Source of the DNA: Candidatus Omnitrophota bacterium
GTDB lineage: Bacteria > Omnitrophota > Gorgyraeia > Gygaellales > Profunditerraquicolaceae
Direction of reading: 5' to 3'
Assembly: GCA_049517335.1 (NCBI GenBank)
Contig: JBEKSD010000006.1
Span: 1 to 64,000, forward strand
DNA length: 64,000 bases
The position numbers and the translations under genes are program-made. Positions within the stretch are counted from its first letter, which is position 1, and each line of letters begins with the position of its first letter. This document shows positions 10,173-20,511 of this stretch, piece by piece. The notes below the pieces were generated by a model. That model saw only the letters and a program-made list of their open reading frames with translations. It was not told the origin of the DNA and did not search any database.

Positions 10173-10882
10173 TTATTCCGGCAATTGATTTAAAGGATGG
10201 CTGTGTGGTTAGGTATGTTCAGGGGGCGCGCGAGAAAAAAATTTATTCAAAAGACCCGCTTAAAACCGCAAAACACTGGGTAAAGCAGGGTACGCAGTTA
10301 TTACATTTAGTTGACCTTGACGGCGCATTTACAGGTATTCCTAAGAACATAGATATCGTTAAAATGATAGTTAAAAATATCTCCGTTCCGGTTGAGTTTG
10401 GCGGCGGGGTGAGAAAACTAGATACCATAAACACCCTGCTTGGTTTTGGAGTCAAGCGCGTGGTCCTAGGGACCAAAGCGGTTTCAGACGAAAATTTTCT
10501 AAAAAAAGTTTATAAAAACTTTAAAGATAGAATAATAGTCAGTATAGATGCTAAAGACGGCATAGTTATGACTGAAGGCTGGAGAAATGAAGGAAAAAAG
10601 ACAGATGTATTGAGTTTTGCCGCCTATTTAAAGGATATCGGGTTTAAGCAGGTTATTTATACAGATACCTTAAAAGACGGGACTTTATCCGGCCCGAATA
10701 TAAAAAGCATCAAAGAACTTTTGAAAGAGACGAATTTAAAAGTGATTGCTTCCGGTGGCATATCTTCGCTTGATGACATATTGAAGCTTAAGAGAATCGA
10801 AAAGTCGGGAGTGATCGGAGTTATTATTGGCAAGGCTTTGTATGAAGGCAAATTTACGCTTTCGCAGGCCATAAAATTATAA
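10166..10882 (+). CDS. hisA: ProFAR isomerase
   Basis: IPAIDL, HLVDLDGA, GGGVR, DGTLSGP, IASGG, GKALY. Confidence 0.97.
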   Translation: MLIIPAIDLKDGCVVRYVQGAREKKIYSKDPLKTAKHWVKQGTQLLHLVDLDGAFTGIPKNIDIVKMIVKNISVPVEFGGGVRKLDTINTLLGFGVKRVVLGTKAVSDENFLKKVYKNFKDRIIVSIDAKDGIVMTEGWRNEGKKTDVLSFAAYLKDIGFKQVIYTDTLKDGTLSGPNIKSIKELLKETNLKVIASGGISSLDDILKLKRIEKSGVIGVIIGKALYEGKFTLSQAIKL

Positions 10883-10896
10883 AATAAGGAGGGAAC

Positions 10897-11385
10897 ATGG
10901 TTAAGAGGTTAGCAGTTTTGGCGGTTGGATTTATGTTTTTGTTGAACCTATCAGGGTGTGCAACAGGAAAACGTAAACAAAAGGAGTTAGAAATCCAGGG
11001 GTTAAGGAATCAAGTTTCGGTCTTAGAGTCGCAGGTTCAGTCTAAAGATGAAGAGTTGAATGCTTTAAAAGAGCAGTTAGGGAGAGAGAGCGAACAAAGA
11101 GTGGTAAAGCAAGCAGTTCCCGTTAAAAAAACAGTAAAGAATAAAGGTTATGTTACGAAAAAAATGCGTTCTAGGGATATGGAAATCCAGATAGCTTTGA
11201 GGAATGCAGGCTTTGACCCAGGAATCATTAGCGGAGTAATCAGCAAACAGACAATAATAGCAATCAAGTAGTTTCAGAAAGCAAATAATTTAAAGGTCAC
11301 CGGCCAAGTAAATAAGAAGACTTGGAAGCTCTTAAGGCCGTATCTGAAAAAAGACAGGAGATTAAAGACGGAAAAGCTGAAGTAG
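10897..11385 (+). pseudogene. Lipoprotein with coiled coil and C-terminal peptidoglycan-binding domain, interrupted by an in-frame TAG at 11269-11271
   Basis: Lipobox LSGC. The PG_binding_1-like text continues across the stop: IQIALRNAGFDPG...AIK*FQKANNLKVTGQVNKKTW, ending at TAG 11383-11385. Confidence 0.7.
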
Positions 11386-11402
11386 CGTCGTTATCTTGAA
11401 AT

Positions 11403-12158
11403 ATGTTAGCTAAAAGAATAATACCCTGCCTTGATATAAAGGACAGCCGTGTGGTCAAGGGTGTTAAATTCCTAGGGCTTAAAGATGCCGGCAGCCCGGT
11501 TGAGGTGGCAGCAGCTTATGATACTCAAGGCGCAGACGAACTGGTTTTTCTTGACATTACCGCCAGCTTTGAAAACCGCAAGACTTTAGTCAGTCTGGTT
11601 GAAGAAATCGCCAAAAATATTTTTATGCCTTTTACTGTAGGAGGAGGCATAGGGGATACCGCTGATATCCGCGCGCTGTTGAACGCCGGAGCGGAAAAAG
11701 TCTCCATAAATACTCAAGCGGTAAAGTCGCCTACTTTAATCAGTGAATCGGCTAAACGTTTCGGCAGCCAATGTATAGTGGTGGCGATTGACGCGAAAAA
11801 AACAAGCGAGAGGTGGGAGGTTTACATTAACGGCGGCAGGACGCCTACCGGGCTTGATGCAATTGAGTGGGCGCGCAAGGCTGCCAAACTCGGAGCAGGA
11901 GAGATTTTACTGACGAGCATGGATTATGACGGGACTAAGAACGGCTTTGATCTTGCCTTAACCGGCGCAGTAACAAGCGCTGTTAAAGTGCCGGTAATTG
12001 CTTCGGGCGGCGCAGGAAAATTAGCAGATTTCTACGAGGTTTTTACCAAGGCGGATGCGGATGCTGGGTTAGCCGCGTCTATATTCCATTATCAGGAGTT
12101 TACCATAAAGCAGGTAAAAGAATACCTGAGAGAAAGAGGGGTCCGCGTAAGGTTATGA
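11403..12158 (+). CDS. hisF: IGP synthase cyclase subunit
   Basis: [37 protein letters not shown]. Confidence 0.98.
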   Translation: MLAKRIIPCLDIKDSRVVKGVKFLGLKDAGSPVEVAAAYDTQGADELVFLDITASFENRKTLVSLVEEIAKNIFMPFTVGGGIGDTADIRALLNAGAEKVSINTQAVKSPTLISESAKRFGSQCIVVAIDAKKTSERWEVYINGGRTPTGLDAIEWARKAAKLGAGEILLTSMDYDGTKNGFDLALTGAVTSAVKVPVIASGGAGKLADFYEVFTKADADAGLAASIFHYQEFTIKQVKEYLRERGVRVRL

Positions 12159-12478
12159 GAAAGTTTAGATTAGGTGATTTAAAATTTGACAAAGCCGGCT
12201 TAATCCCGGCGATTATACAGGATTATAAGACAAGCAAAGTCCTTATGCTAGCCTTTATGAATAAAGAATCCCTGCGCCGCACGCTAAAGTCAGGCAAGAC
12301 TTGTTTCTGGTCACGCTCAAGGAAAGAGTACTGGGTTAAAGGGATGACTTCAGGTAATTTCCAGTTCGTAAAGTCCGTTTTTTATGACTGTGACCTTGAT
12401 ACACTTTTGATTAAAGTACGGCAGGTGGGAGCGGCCTGCCATACCGGTAACCGTTCGTGTTTTTATCGTAAAATATAA
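12155..12478 (+). CDS. hisI: Phosphoribosyl-AMP cyclohydrolase (monofunctional)
   Basis: WSRSR, KGMTSG, DCDLD, ACHTG..SCF. Confidence 0.96.
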   Translation: MRKFRLGDLKFDKAGLIPAIIQDYKTSKVLMLAFMNKESLRRTLKSGKTCFWSRSRKEYWVKGMTSGNFQFVKSVFYDCDLDTLLIKVRQVGAACHTGNRSCFYRKI

Positions 12479-13971
12479 TGTTTACTCCAGGTTTTGAAGA
12501 ATTTAAAAAGTTAGCCAAAAAAGGCAATGTGATACCGGTTTACAAGGAGATTAACGTTGACCTTGATACGCCGGTTTCCACCTTCTTAAAACTTAAAAAA
12601 AGCGATTACGCGTTCCTTCTTGAGTCTGTGGAAGGAGGAGAGAAGATTGCCCGTTATTCATTTTTGGGAAGCAACCCCTCTATGATATTCAGCAGCAAGG
12701 CAAGCAATATTCAGGTTATTTACCCTAAAAAAAATATCAAAGATTGTTTTATTACCCGCTCTACTCCTTTGGATGAATTAAAAAAAATAATGCAGGATTT
12801 TAAGAGCGTATCGGTCAAAGGCCTGCCGCGTTTTTACGGCGGTTTAGTCGGCTATATCGGTTATGATATGGTCAGATTCTTTGAAGAGATACCGGATAAA
12901 AACCCCGATGATTTAAGGCTCGCAGATTCGGTTTTTCTCTTAACTGATACAATTCTGATTTTTGACCACGTTAATCACCTTATAAAAATAGTAAGCAATG
13001 TTTTCCTTCCTCAAGGCAAGAATTCTTCAGCTCCGTCATTAAAAAAATACTATAACCGGGCCCTGAAAAAAATTGAAGAAATAGAAAGTGATTTTAATAA
13101 GCCGCAGGTCTCTCCTTATCTTGAAAACAGCGGGGTTACGCGTAAGCACGTAGTTGAATCAAATTTTACCCGAGAAGAGTTTATGAATATTGTTTCCCGG
13201 GCAAAAGAATATATCAGGAAGGGGGATATTATTCAGGTTGTCTTATCGCAGCGTTTTCAGATAAAGTCCGGCAAGAAGGCTTTTGATATTTTTCGGTCAT
13301 TGCGCAGCCTGAACCCTTCACCATATATGTATTTTCTTAAATTAAAGGATATTGAAATCGTGGGTTCTTCTCCTGAAATGCTGGTAAGATGCGAAGACGG
13401 CTTAATCCAGACCCGGCCGATAGCCGGAACCCGGCCGCGAGGCAAGAATGAAACAGAGGATGCCCGGCTTTCCGAAGAACTCTTAAAAGACAAGAAAGAA
13501 CGCGCCGAACACCTTATGCTGGTGGATTTGGGCAGGAATGATTTAGGCAGGGTTTCCCAAACCGGGAAGGTAGAGGTCAGCGAATTTATGGCTGTTGAGA
13601 AATATTCCCATGTTATGCATCTGGTCAGCGAGGTTAGGGGAAGGCTTGACAATAAGAAGTATGACGTATATGATGTTTTAAAATCCGCATTCCCCGCCGG
13701 CACCCTTAGCGGCAGCCCCAAAATCCGGGCAATGGAAATAATAGATGAGTTGGAGAACGTCAAACGCGGCCCTTATGGGGGAGCCATAGGGTATTTTAGT
13801 TTTTCTCACAATATGGATACTTGTATTACGATAAGGACAATTGTGATTAAGGGCAATACGGCATACGTACAGGCCGGGGCAGGCATCGTAGCGGATTCTC
13901 TGCCGGAAAGAGAATATCAGGAAACAGTGAATAAAGCAAAGGCGTTAATTGAAGCAATAACTGGGAGGTAA
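12478..13971 (+). CDS. trpE: Anthranilate synthase component I
   Basis: LLESVEGG, NPSPYM, PIAGT, AEHLMLVDLGRND, PAGTLSGSPK. Confidence 0.93.
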   Translation: MFTPGFEEFKKLAKKGNVIPVYKEINVDLDTPVSTFLKLKKSDYAFLLESVEGGEKIARYSFLGSNPSMIFSSKASNIQVIYPKKNIKDCFITRSTPLDELKKIMQDFKSVSVKGLPRFYGGLVGYIGYDMVRFFEEIPDKNPDDLRLADSVFLLTDTILIFDHVNHLIKIVSNVFLPQGKNSSAPSLKKYYNRALKKIEEIESDFNKPQVSPYLENSGVTRKHVVESNFTREEFMNIVSRAKEYIRKGDIIQVVLSQRFQIKSGKKAFDIFRSLRSLNPSPYMYFLKLKDIEIVGSSPEMLVRCEDGLIQTRPIAGTRPRGKNETEDARLSEELLKDKKERAEHLMLVDLGRNDLGRVSQTGKVEVSEFMAVEKYSHVMHLVSEVRGRLDNKKYDVYDVLKSAFPAGTLSGSPKIRAMEIIDELENVKRGPYGGAIGYFSFSHNMDTCITIRTIVIKGNTAYVQAGAGIVADSLPEREYQETVNKAKALIEAITGR

Positions 13972-13975
13972 AACA

Positions 13976-14224
13976 ATGGCAGTGCATATTCGTTTAAGAA
14001 GGATAGGAAAAAACCCGAGAGGTAAGCCGCATTTCAGGGTAACTGTTTTTGATGAAAGGAAAGGCCGGGACAGTAGGTTTTTGGAGGAGCTTGGATATTA
14101 TAACCCGGTGACAGGCAAAGCTGAAATAAAAAAAGAGAAGCTTCAGGCTTGGGTTAAAAACGGCGCCCAGCTTTCCGCGACGGTAAAAAGTTTATTAAAA
14201 AAACAAGAAAAGGGGGGTAAGTAA
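13976..14224 (+). CDS. rpsP: 30S ribosomal protein S16
   Basis: IRLRRIG, RD..LEELGYYNP, GAQLS. Confidence 0.95.
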   Translation: MAVHIRLRRIGKNPRGKPHFRVTVFDERKGRDSRFLEELGYYNPVTGKAEIKKEKLQAWVKNGAQLSATVKSLLKKQEKGGK

Positions 14225-14226
14225 AA

Positions 14227-14523
14227 ATGCCTCAGGCGCAAGCAGGTAATCCTTTGATGAATCTTTTTCCTTTAGTTATCATTTTTGTGATCTTTTACTT
14301 TATGTTGATACGCCCGCAGAAGACAAGAGAAAAAGAGCATCAAAAAATGTTAAATAACCTGAATAAAAACGATGATGTAGTGACAACCGGTGGCGTCCAC
14401 GGAACTATCGTTAATGTAAAAGATAAAACGATAATTCTAAGAATCGATGAGAACGTCAAGATTGAGATCGAAAAAAGCTCTATTGCTTATGTGAAAAAAC
14501 CGCAAGGTGCGGTCGCTTCTTAA
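14227..14523 (+). CDS. yajC: Preprotein translocase subunit YajC
   Basis: TM helix + FYFMLIRPQ, DDVVTTGGVHG; upstream of secDF. Confidence 0.95.
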   Translation: MPQAQAGNPLMNLFPLVIIFVIFYFMLIRPQKTREKEHQKMLNNLNKNDDVVTTGGVHGTIVNVKDKTIILRIDENVKIEIEKSSIAYVKKPQGAVAS

Positions 14524-14539
14524 GGAGAAATCAAATAAA

Positions 14540-16744
14540 ATGGAGAGAAAAGTAGCTTTTAAATCGCTGTTGATTCTAGTAGTTCTGGGCATATCTGTTT
14601 ATTTTGCCTTTCCTCTGGAAAAAAGAATAAATTTAGGGCTTGACCTAAGAGGAGGTATGCATCTTTTGATGAAAGTTGATACTACGCAGCTATCCGGGCA
14701 GGCAAAAGCCGATGCCTGTGACCGCGCAGTTGAGGTTATCCGCAACCGCATTGATCAGTTTGGAGTAAGGGAAACTTCAATTCAGAAGCAGGGTGAGGAT
14801 GAAATAGTAATTCAGCTTCCTGGAGTTACGGACAGGACGCGGGCAATAGATGTTATCGGTAAAACAGCGATTTTAGAGTTTAAACTCGTCTCTACAGATA
14901 CAGATAAATTAAAGCAGGCGCTTGCCGGAAGTGTTCCTGAAGGTTATGAATTAAAATATTCCGAAGATAACAGCGAGCCGCTTTTATTGGAAAAACAAAC
15001 GGTTCTGGCAGGAGATTCTCTTACCAACGCGCAGGTAAATTTTAGTCAAAGCCAGTTTAACGAACCGGTAGTTTCTCTACAATTCAATGCGGAGGGCGCT
15101 AAGAAATTTGCTGAAGTTACGGCAGCTAATGTAGGAAGAAGACTGGCAATAGTCTTGGATGGTAAAGTTCAGTCAGCCCCCAATATCAGGGAGGCTATAC
15201 CTTCAGGCCAGGCAGTCATAAGCGGTCGTTTTTCAGTTGAGCAGGCGCAGGACCTTGCGTTGATTCTAAGGGTAGGCGCTTTGCCAGCTCCTATGCATAT
15301 TGAGGAAGAAAGGACTATTGGTCCGCTTCTGGGGCAGGATTCCATAAATAAGGGTGTTAAAGCTGCAGTTATAGGTAGTATATTTGTTATTCTTTTTATG
15401 GGAGTATACTATTTATTGGCTGGTTTCATAAGCGATATAGCGCTTATAATTAACTTATTTATGATCCTTGGAGGTTTAGGTATTTTGCCTTTTGTTTTTC
15501 CCGGAATCTCGGCAACGTTAACCCTGCCGGGTATCGCAGGTATAGTATTGTCTTTAGGTATGGCCGTTGATGCGAATGTTCTTATTAATGAAAGAATAAG
15601 GGAAGAGTTAGCTGCGGGAAAGACTTTGCGTATAGCTATAAATAATGGATATCATAGGGCATTTAGTGCTATCCTTGACTCCCACATGACTAATTTGATA
15701 GCGGCTTTCTTGATGTTCCAGTTTGGAACAGGCCCAATAAGAGGTTTTGCTGTAACCTTAACTATCGGCTTAATCTCTAGTCTCTTTACTTCAATAGTCG
15801 TAACGCATACGATATTTGAGATTCTATTAAATCTTGGATGGCTGAAGAATTCTTTGCCCATGCTTCATCTTATAGGCAAGACAAGTTTTGATTTTATCGG
15901 GAAGAAGAAAATATTTTATACTCTTTCCATTATTATGATTGCTGTCAGCTGTTTTGCTTATTTTAACAAAGGTAAATATGCTTACGGGATTGATTTTTCA
16001 GGAGGGGAACTGCAAGAATATAATTTTAAAACTCCTCCACCTATCGATAAAGTGCGTGAAGTCGTAAAAGAAGCCGGACTTCAGGATGCATCTATACAGC
16101 AATTTAGCGATAATCCCCATATAGTACTTATCAGATCATTAGATGATAGAAGTAAGATATTGACTGAAAAACTTAATGCTGCTTTTCCTGGAGATAATGT
16201 TGAAATCCGTAGGATAGAGCGTGTTGGTCCAATAGCTGGAAAAGAGCTTAAAACTAAAGCGATTTATGCTGTTATATGGTCGATGGTTGGTATTTTGATC
16301 TATATTGCTTTTAGATTTAAACATTTTAATTTTGCTTTGGCCGGTATTGTCAGTTTACTTCACGATGTAGTGGTCGCACTAGGCTTCCTTCTCGTAACAG
16401 GAAGGCAGCTGGATCTTTTGAGTATTACCGCCTTTTTGACTATTGCTGGTTATTCTATCAGCGATACTATCATTATTTATGATCGAGTAAGGGAAAACAA
16501 TAAGCTTTATAGAAAACTTTCGCTTATTGAGTTAATTAATTTAAGTGTTAATCAGACATTAGGCCGGACAATCCTTACGACGACAACCACATTATTGACG
16601 GTTCTTGGAATATTACTTTTTGGTGGAGCTGTACTGAGTAATTTCGCGGCAGTACTTTTTGTGGGTTTTGTATCAGGTGTTTATTCGACTGTTTATATCG
16701 CATCTCCTTTAGTGATTGCTTGGTCCCGCAAAACTGCAAAATAG
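14540..16744 (+). CDS. secDF: Fused protein translocase subunit SecDF
   Basis: LGLDLRGG, MAVDANVLINERIREE (SecD), GIDFSGG, GYSISDTIIIYDRVRE (SecF); ATG 14540 after AGGAG. Confidence 0.96.
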   Translation: MERKVAFKSLLILVVLGISVYFAFPLEKRINLGLDLRGGMHLLMKVDTTQLSGQAKADACDRAVEVIRNRIDQFGVRETSIQKQGEDEIVIQLPGVTDRTRAIDVIGKTAILEFKLVSTDTDKLKQALAGSVPEGYELKYSEDNSEPLLLEKQTVLAGDSLTNAQVNFSQSQFNEPVVSLQFNAEGAKKFAEVTAANVGRRLAIVLDGKVQSAPNIREAIPSGQAVISGRFSVEQAQDLALILRVGALPAPMHIEEERTIGPLLGQDSINKGVKAAVIGSIFVILFMGVYYLLAGFISDIALIINLFMILGGLGILPFVFPGISATLTLPGIAGIVLSLGMAVDANVLINERIREELAAGKTLRIAINNGYHRAFSAILDSHMTNLIAAFLMFQFGTGPIRGFAVTLTIGLISSLFTSIVVTHTIFEILLNLGWLKNSLPMLHLIGKTSFDFIGKKKIFYTLSIIMIAVSCFAYFNKGKYAYGIDFSGGELQEYNFKTPPPIDKVREVVKEAGLQDASIQQFSDNPHIVLIRSLDDRSKILTEKLNAAFPGDNVEIRRIERVGPIAGKELKTKAIYAVIWSMVGILIYIAFRFKHFNFALAGIVSLLHDVVVALGFLLVTGRQLDLLSITAFLTIAGYSISDTIIIYDRVRENNKLYRKLSLIELINLSVNQTLGRTILTTTTTLLTVLGILLFGGAVLSNFAAVLFVGFVSGVYSTVYIASPLVIAWSRKTAK

Positions 16745-16768
16745 ATTGGTCAAGGGAAGGGGTATCTT

Positions 16769-18664
16769 ATGTTTAAGTCTTTAAAAATATACCCCGGATT
16801 AAATATTGACCTACAAATATTAACTTCCACTCTTGTCGATTACGGTTATAAAAGGCAAGATAATGTTTTAGAAGAAGGTGATTTTGCCCGTCGTGGCGAT
16901 ATCATTGATGTTTTTCCTTCCTTTTTTGAATTACCAATCCGTATCGATCTAAAAAACGATAAGATTTCTTATATAAAAACTTTTAATCCCGATGACGGTT
17001 CTCCCTTATGGACTCATAATATAGCCATTATCCTACCGATTAAAAAAGCTGTTACAAAAACTGTAGCTTTTAGCGAAGAATTCCCGCTTTCTAGCTTTGT
17101 TGAGTTAAAAACAGGCGATTATGTGGTGCATAACCAGTATGGGATAGGTAAATTCTTAGGTCTGCAGCGGATTAAGATTCAGGGAAAAAACAAAGACCAT
17201 CTGGCTATTGAGTATGAACGGGGAGAAAAATTATATGTCCCTGTTGAATCAATGCATCTTGTACAGAAGTATATCGCTTTCCATGTACGTAAACCGAAAC
17301 TCCACCGTTTAGGAAGCAGAGAGTGGCAGAGGGTCAAAGAAAAGGCAAGGATTGGGATACAGAAGCTTGCCTGGGAACTTTTGAGCTTACAGGCCATGCG
17401 TATGAGTTCCGGAGGATTTGTATTTTCTCCCGATACCGCATGGCAGGAAGAATTTGAGCGGACTTTCCCTTATAAGGAAACCCCTGATCAGATTAAGGCA
17501 ACGCAGGAGGTAAAGCGCGATATGCAGGAGTCTAAGCCGATGGATAGGCTCTTATGTGGTGATGTCGGATACGGCAAGACCGAAGTGGCTATGCGCGCGG
17601 CTTTTAAGGCAGTGATGGATAATAAACAGGTGGCCTATCTCGTGCCAACAACAATACTCGCCGAACAGCATTTCCAGAATTTCAGTTCTCGGCTTAAAAA
17701 CTTTCCCGTAAACGTTCAGATGCTCTGTCGTTTCAATACGAAATTAGAGCAAAGAGTTATTATAGAAGGCATAAAGTCAGGTACCGTTGATATAGTAATC
17801 GGTACGCACCGCCTGTTGTCAGAAGACGTCAGCTTTAAACATTTGGGGATTGTAATTATTGATGAAGAACAGCGGTTCGGGGTAAAACATAAAGAACGGT
17901 TTAAGAAATTAAGACTTTCAACGGATGTCCTGACCCTGACCGCTACGCCTATTCCTCGTACGCTTTATATGAGTTTAATGGGAGGTAAAGACCTTTCAGT
18001 TATTAATACGCCGCCGCAAAATAGGTTGCCTATTAAGACCGTTATGGTAGAATATGACTCTGACCTTATCCGGCAGGCAATCGTCAGGGAGCTTAACCGC
18101 CGGGGACAGGTGTTCTTTTTGCATAATCGTGTTGAGGATATTGAAGAAGTAAAAGAGAAGCTCTCAAAGATATTACCGCAGGGTATACGGCTAGCTGTGG
18201 CTCACGGCCAAATGCACCCCAAAGAGCTGGAAACAATAATGTCGGAGTTCTTAAAAGGCAATATTGACTGCCTTGTCTGTACTATGATTATTGAATCTGG
18301 CATAGATATCCCTAATGTAAATACGATAATCGTCAATAATGCGCAGAGTTTCGGCCTTTCCGATATGCACCAATTGCGCGGGAGGGTAGGCAGGTTTGAC
18401 AGAACAGCCTACGCTTATTTTATGGTGCCTAAGAAAGAAGCGCTTGATGTTGATGCGCGGAAAAGACTGGAGGCAATTCAGGAGCACTCCCAGCTTGGCT
18501 CGGGGTTCAATATTGCTATGGAGGATTTGGAGATACGTGGAGCGGGTAATCTATTAGGGATAGAACAGCACGGTTTCATTACGGCAGTAGGTTTTGACCT
18601 TTATTGCAGGTTATTGAGAGAAGCAATTTCAACCTTTAAGAAAACAGGAGTTTTAAATGTGTAA
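16769..18664 (+). CDS. mfd: Transcription-repair coupling factor, short form (631 aa)
   Basis: UvrB-like segment RGDIIDVFP, RID GDYVVH..YGIG, ETPDQ, GDVGYGKTE, DEEQRFGV, QLRGRVGR, DLEIRGAGNLLG. Confidence 0.92.
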   Translation: MFKSLKIYPGLNIDLQILTSTLVDYGYKRQDNVLEEGDFARRGDIIDVFPSFFELPIRIDLKNDKISYIKTFNPDDGSPLWTHNIAIILPIKKAVTKTVAFSEEFPLSSFVELKTGDYVVHNQYGIGKFLGLQRIKIQGKNKDHLAIEYERGEKLYVPVESMHLVQKYIAFHVRKPKLHRLGSREWQRVKEKARIGIQKLAWELLSLQAMRMSSGGFVFSPDTAWQEEFERTFPYKETPDQIKATQEVKRDMQESKPMDRLLCGDVGYGKTEVAMRAAFKAVMDNKQVAYLVPTTILAEQHFQNFSSRLKNFPVNVQMLCRFNTKLEQRVIIEGIKSGTVDIVIGTHRLLSEDVSFKHLGIVIIDEEQRFGVKHKERFKKLRLSTDVLTLTATPIPRTLYMSLMGGKDLSVINTPPQNRLPIKTVMVEYDSDLIRQAIVRELNRRGQVFFLHNRVEDIEEVKEKLSKILPQGIRLAVAHGQMHPKELETIMSEFLKGNIDCLVCTMIIESGIDIPNVNTIIVNNAQSFGLSDMHQLRGRVGRFDRTAYAYFMVPKKEALDVDARKRLEAIQEHSQLGSGFNIAMEDLEIRGAGNLLGIEQHGFITAVGFDLYCRLLREAISTFKKTGVLNV

Positions 18665-19583
18665 GTTTATCAGGTTTTTTTTGTTTTTGACTCTTATTAC
18701 CAGTTGCCATTTACTAGTTACTAGTGACGAATGTCACGCTCAAGACCAAATCATAGCTGTGGTGAATAACACTGTAATCACGCGCAAAGATTTAAGCGAT
18801 TTTCTTAATTTTATGCGTATCCAATTTTCCCAACAGTATAAAGGAGAAGAACTTAAAGTTAAGCTTGAGGACGCCAAAAAAGGTTTGCTTGATAAGCTTA
18901 TTGAAGACCGGTTAATCCTGCAGGAAGCTAAGAAAGAAAATATTATAGCCGATGAAAACAGGGTAAAGGTAAAGATGAATGAAATTCGTAAACACTATAG
19001 TTCGGATATAGAGTTTCAGAAGGATTTAGGTCGGCAGGGGCTGGTGCCAGCGGATATTGAAAATAAGATCAGGGAACAGATGCTTATGTATAATATAATC
19101 GACTCCAAAGTAAGAAACAAGGTTATCGTCAGGCCCGATGAGGTTACTCAATTTTATGATTCCAAGGGTAATGATGTCATGACCCCGGAATTATATCAGG
19201 TTACCTTCGTGAGTCTAGAAAATGAAGATTTAGCGCAGGCGTTTTCTTATAACTGGAGGGAGGGCCAAAAGCTTGAGGATTTACTGAGTAGGTACCCGGC
19301 AACGGTAAATAGGCTCGAAGCGGCAAAGGGTGAAAATTTAAGGAAAGATATAGAAGAGCAGGTATTTAAGCTCGGAATAGGTGAAATATCCAAGCCGGTA
19401 AAGATTGACGAGCAGTTTTATATTTTTAAGCTGGATAACATAGTTGCATCCAGAAAACCAGCGCTATTCGAGGTGCAGGATAAAATCAAAGAAATTATAT
19501 TTCAGACGAAAATGCAGCAGGAACTTACCAAGTGGGTGGATGAACTCAAAAATAAGTCCTACATTAAAGTCCTCCAAAATTAG
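18657..19583 (+). CDS. surA: SurA-family periplasmic chaperone / parvulin-like protein
   Basis: Signal peptide, DQIIAVVNNTVIT, LIEDRLILQEA, degenerate rotamase segment; mfd-surA-pdxA-rsmA synteny. Confidence 0.8.
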   Translation: MCKFIRFFLFLTLITSCHLLVTSDECHAQDQIIAVVNNTVITRKDLSDFLNFMRIQFSQQYKGEELKVKLEDAKKGLLDKLIEDRLILQEAKKENIIADENRVKVKMNEIRKHYSSDIEFQKDLGRQGLVPADIENKIREQMLMYNIIDSKVRNKVIVRPDEVTQFYDSKGNDVMTPELYQVTFVSLENEDLAQAFSYNWREGQKLEDLLSRYPATVNRLEAAKGENLRKDIEEQVFKLGIGEISKPVKIDEQFYIFKLDNIVASRKPALFEVQDKIKEIIFQTKMQQELTKWVDELKNKSYIKVLQN

Positions 19584-20511
19584 AGTCGGTATTACGTTAG
19601 GAGACCCTTCCGGTATCAGCTCGGCGATAATCTCGAAAGCCTTAAAACAGCTGAAATCCTTTGCCCGGTTTACTGTTATAGGCAGCTTTGTCCCGTTTCA
19701 AAGACATAAACTGAAACTGCCTGCAGCTAATTTCATTGATTTAGGTAATATAGACAGTAATCGTTTTTCATTCGGCAGGATTACTCCCGAATATGGAAAA
19801 GCTTCTATTGAATACCTTAATAAGGCGCTTGAACTCATAAAGCGGAATACGTTTGATTGTCTTGTTACTTTACCCGTATCCAAAGAAGCAGTTAATTTGT
19901 CCGGCCTTAAATTCAGCGGCCATACGGAATATCTGACAGAAGCCTGTGCAGTAAAAGATACGGTGATGATGCTTTTAAACCGGGAACTGAAATTCAGCCT
20001 TGTCACCCGGCATATCCCCTTAAAAGAGGTAGCGAAAAAATTGAATAAGCGCGATTTAGAAAATAATATCCTCATGGTCATTGAATCTTTAAGAGAATTA
20101 TTCCGGGTCAAAAAACCGCGGATCGTCGTTTGCGGGCTTAATCCCCATGCTTCGGATAACGGCGTAATTGGCGACGAAGAGAACCAAGTAATTATTCCGG
20201 CATTAAAAAAGATAAGGCATAAGACCTTCATTAAAGGTCCTGTGTCAGCGGATATAGCAGTAGCTTTGGCTAAAAATAAGAAATATGACTGCGTGATCGC
20301 AATGTATCATGACCAGGCGCTCATCCCGCTAAAGCTCACTTCATTTGAAACAGGGGTAAATTTAACGCTTGGCTTGCCGTTTGTGCGCACTTCTCCTTTA
20401 CATGGAACTGCTTTTGATATTGCATCTCAATTCGACAAAGCCGACCCTCGTTCCCTTATCGCTGCCATAAAACTTGCCGTAGAATGCACATTAAACCGAA
20501 AAAGAGCTTAG
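19540..20511 (+). CDS. pdxA: 4-hydroxythreonine-4-phosphate dehydrogenase
   Basis: ITLGDPSG, GHTEYL, GLNPHA, AMYHDQ, RTSPLHGTAFDIA; start position uncertain. Confidence 0.92.
   Translation: MNSKISPTLKSSKIRVGITLGDPSGISSAIISKALKQLKSFARFTVIGSFVPFQRHKLKLPAANFIDLGNIDSNRFSFGRITPEYGKASIEYLNKALELIKRNTFDCLVTLPVSKEAVNLSGLKFSGHTEYLTEACAVKDTVMMLLNRELKFSLVTRHIPLKEVAKKLNKRDLENNILMVIESLRELFRVKKPRIVVCGLNPHASDNGVIGDEENQVIIPALKKIRHKTFIKGPVSADIAVALAKNKKYDCVIAMYHDQALIPLKLTSFETGVNLTLGLPFVRTSPLHGTAFDIASQFDKADPRSLIAAIKLAVECTLNRKRA

Noticed and set aside
15300-17100. AT-richer stretch in the 3' part of secDF and 5' part of mfd as foreign DNA
   Set aside because: Frames are continuous and the region is rich in hydrophobic TM codons; not supportable without computation.
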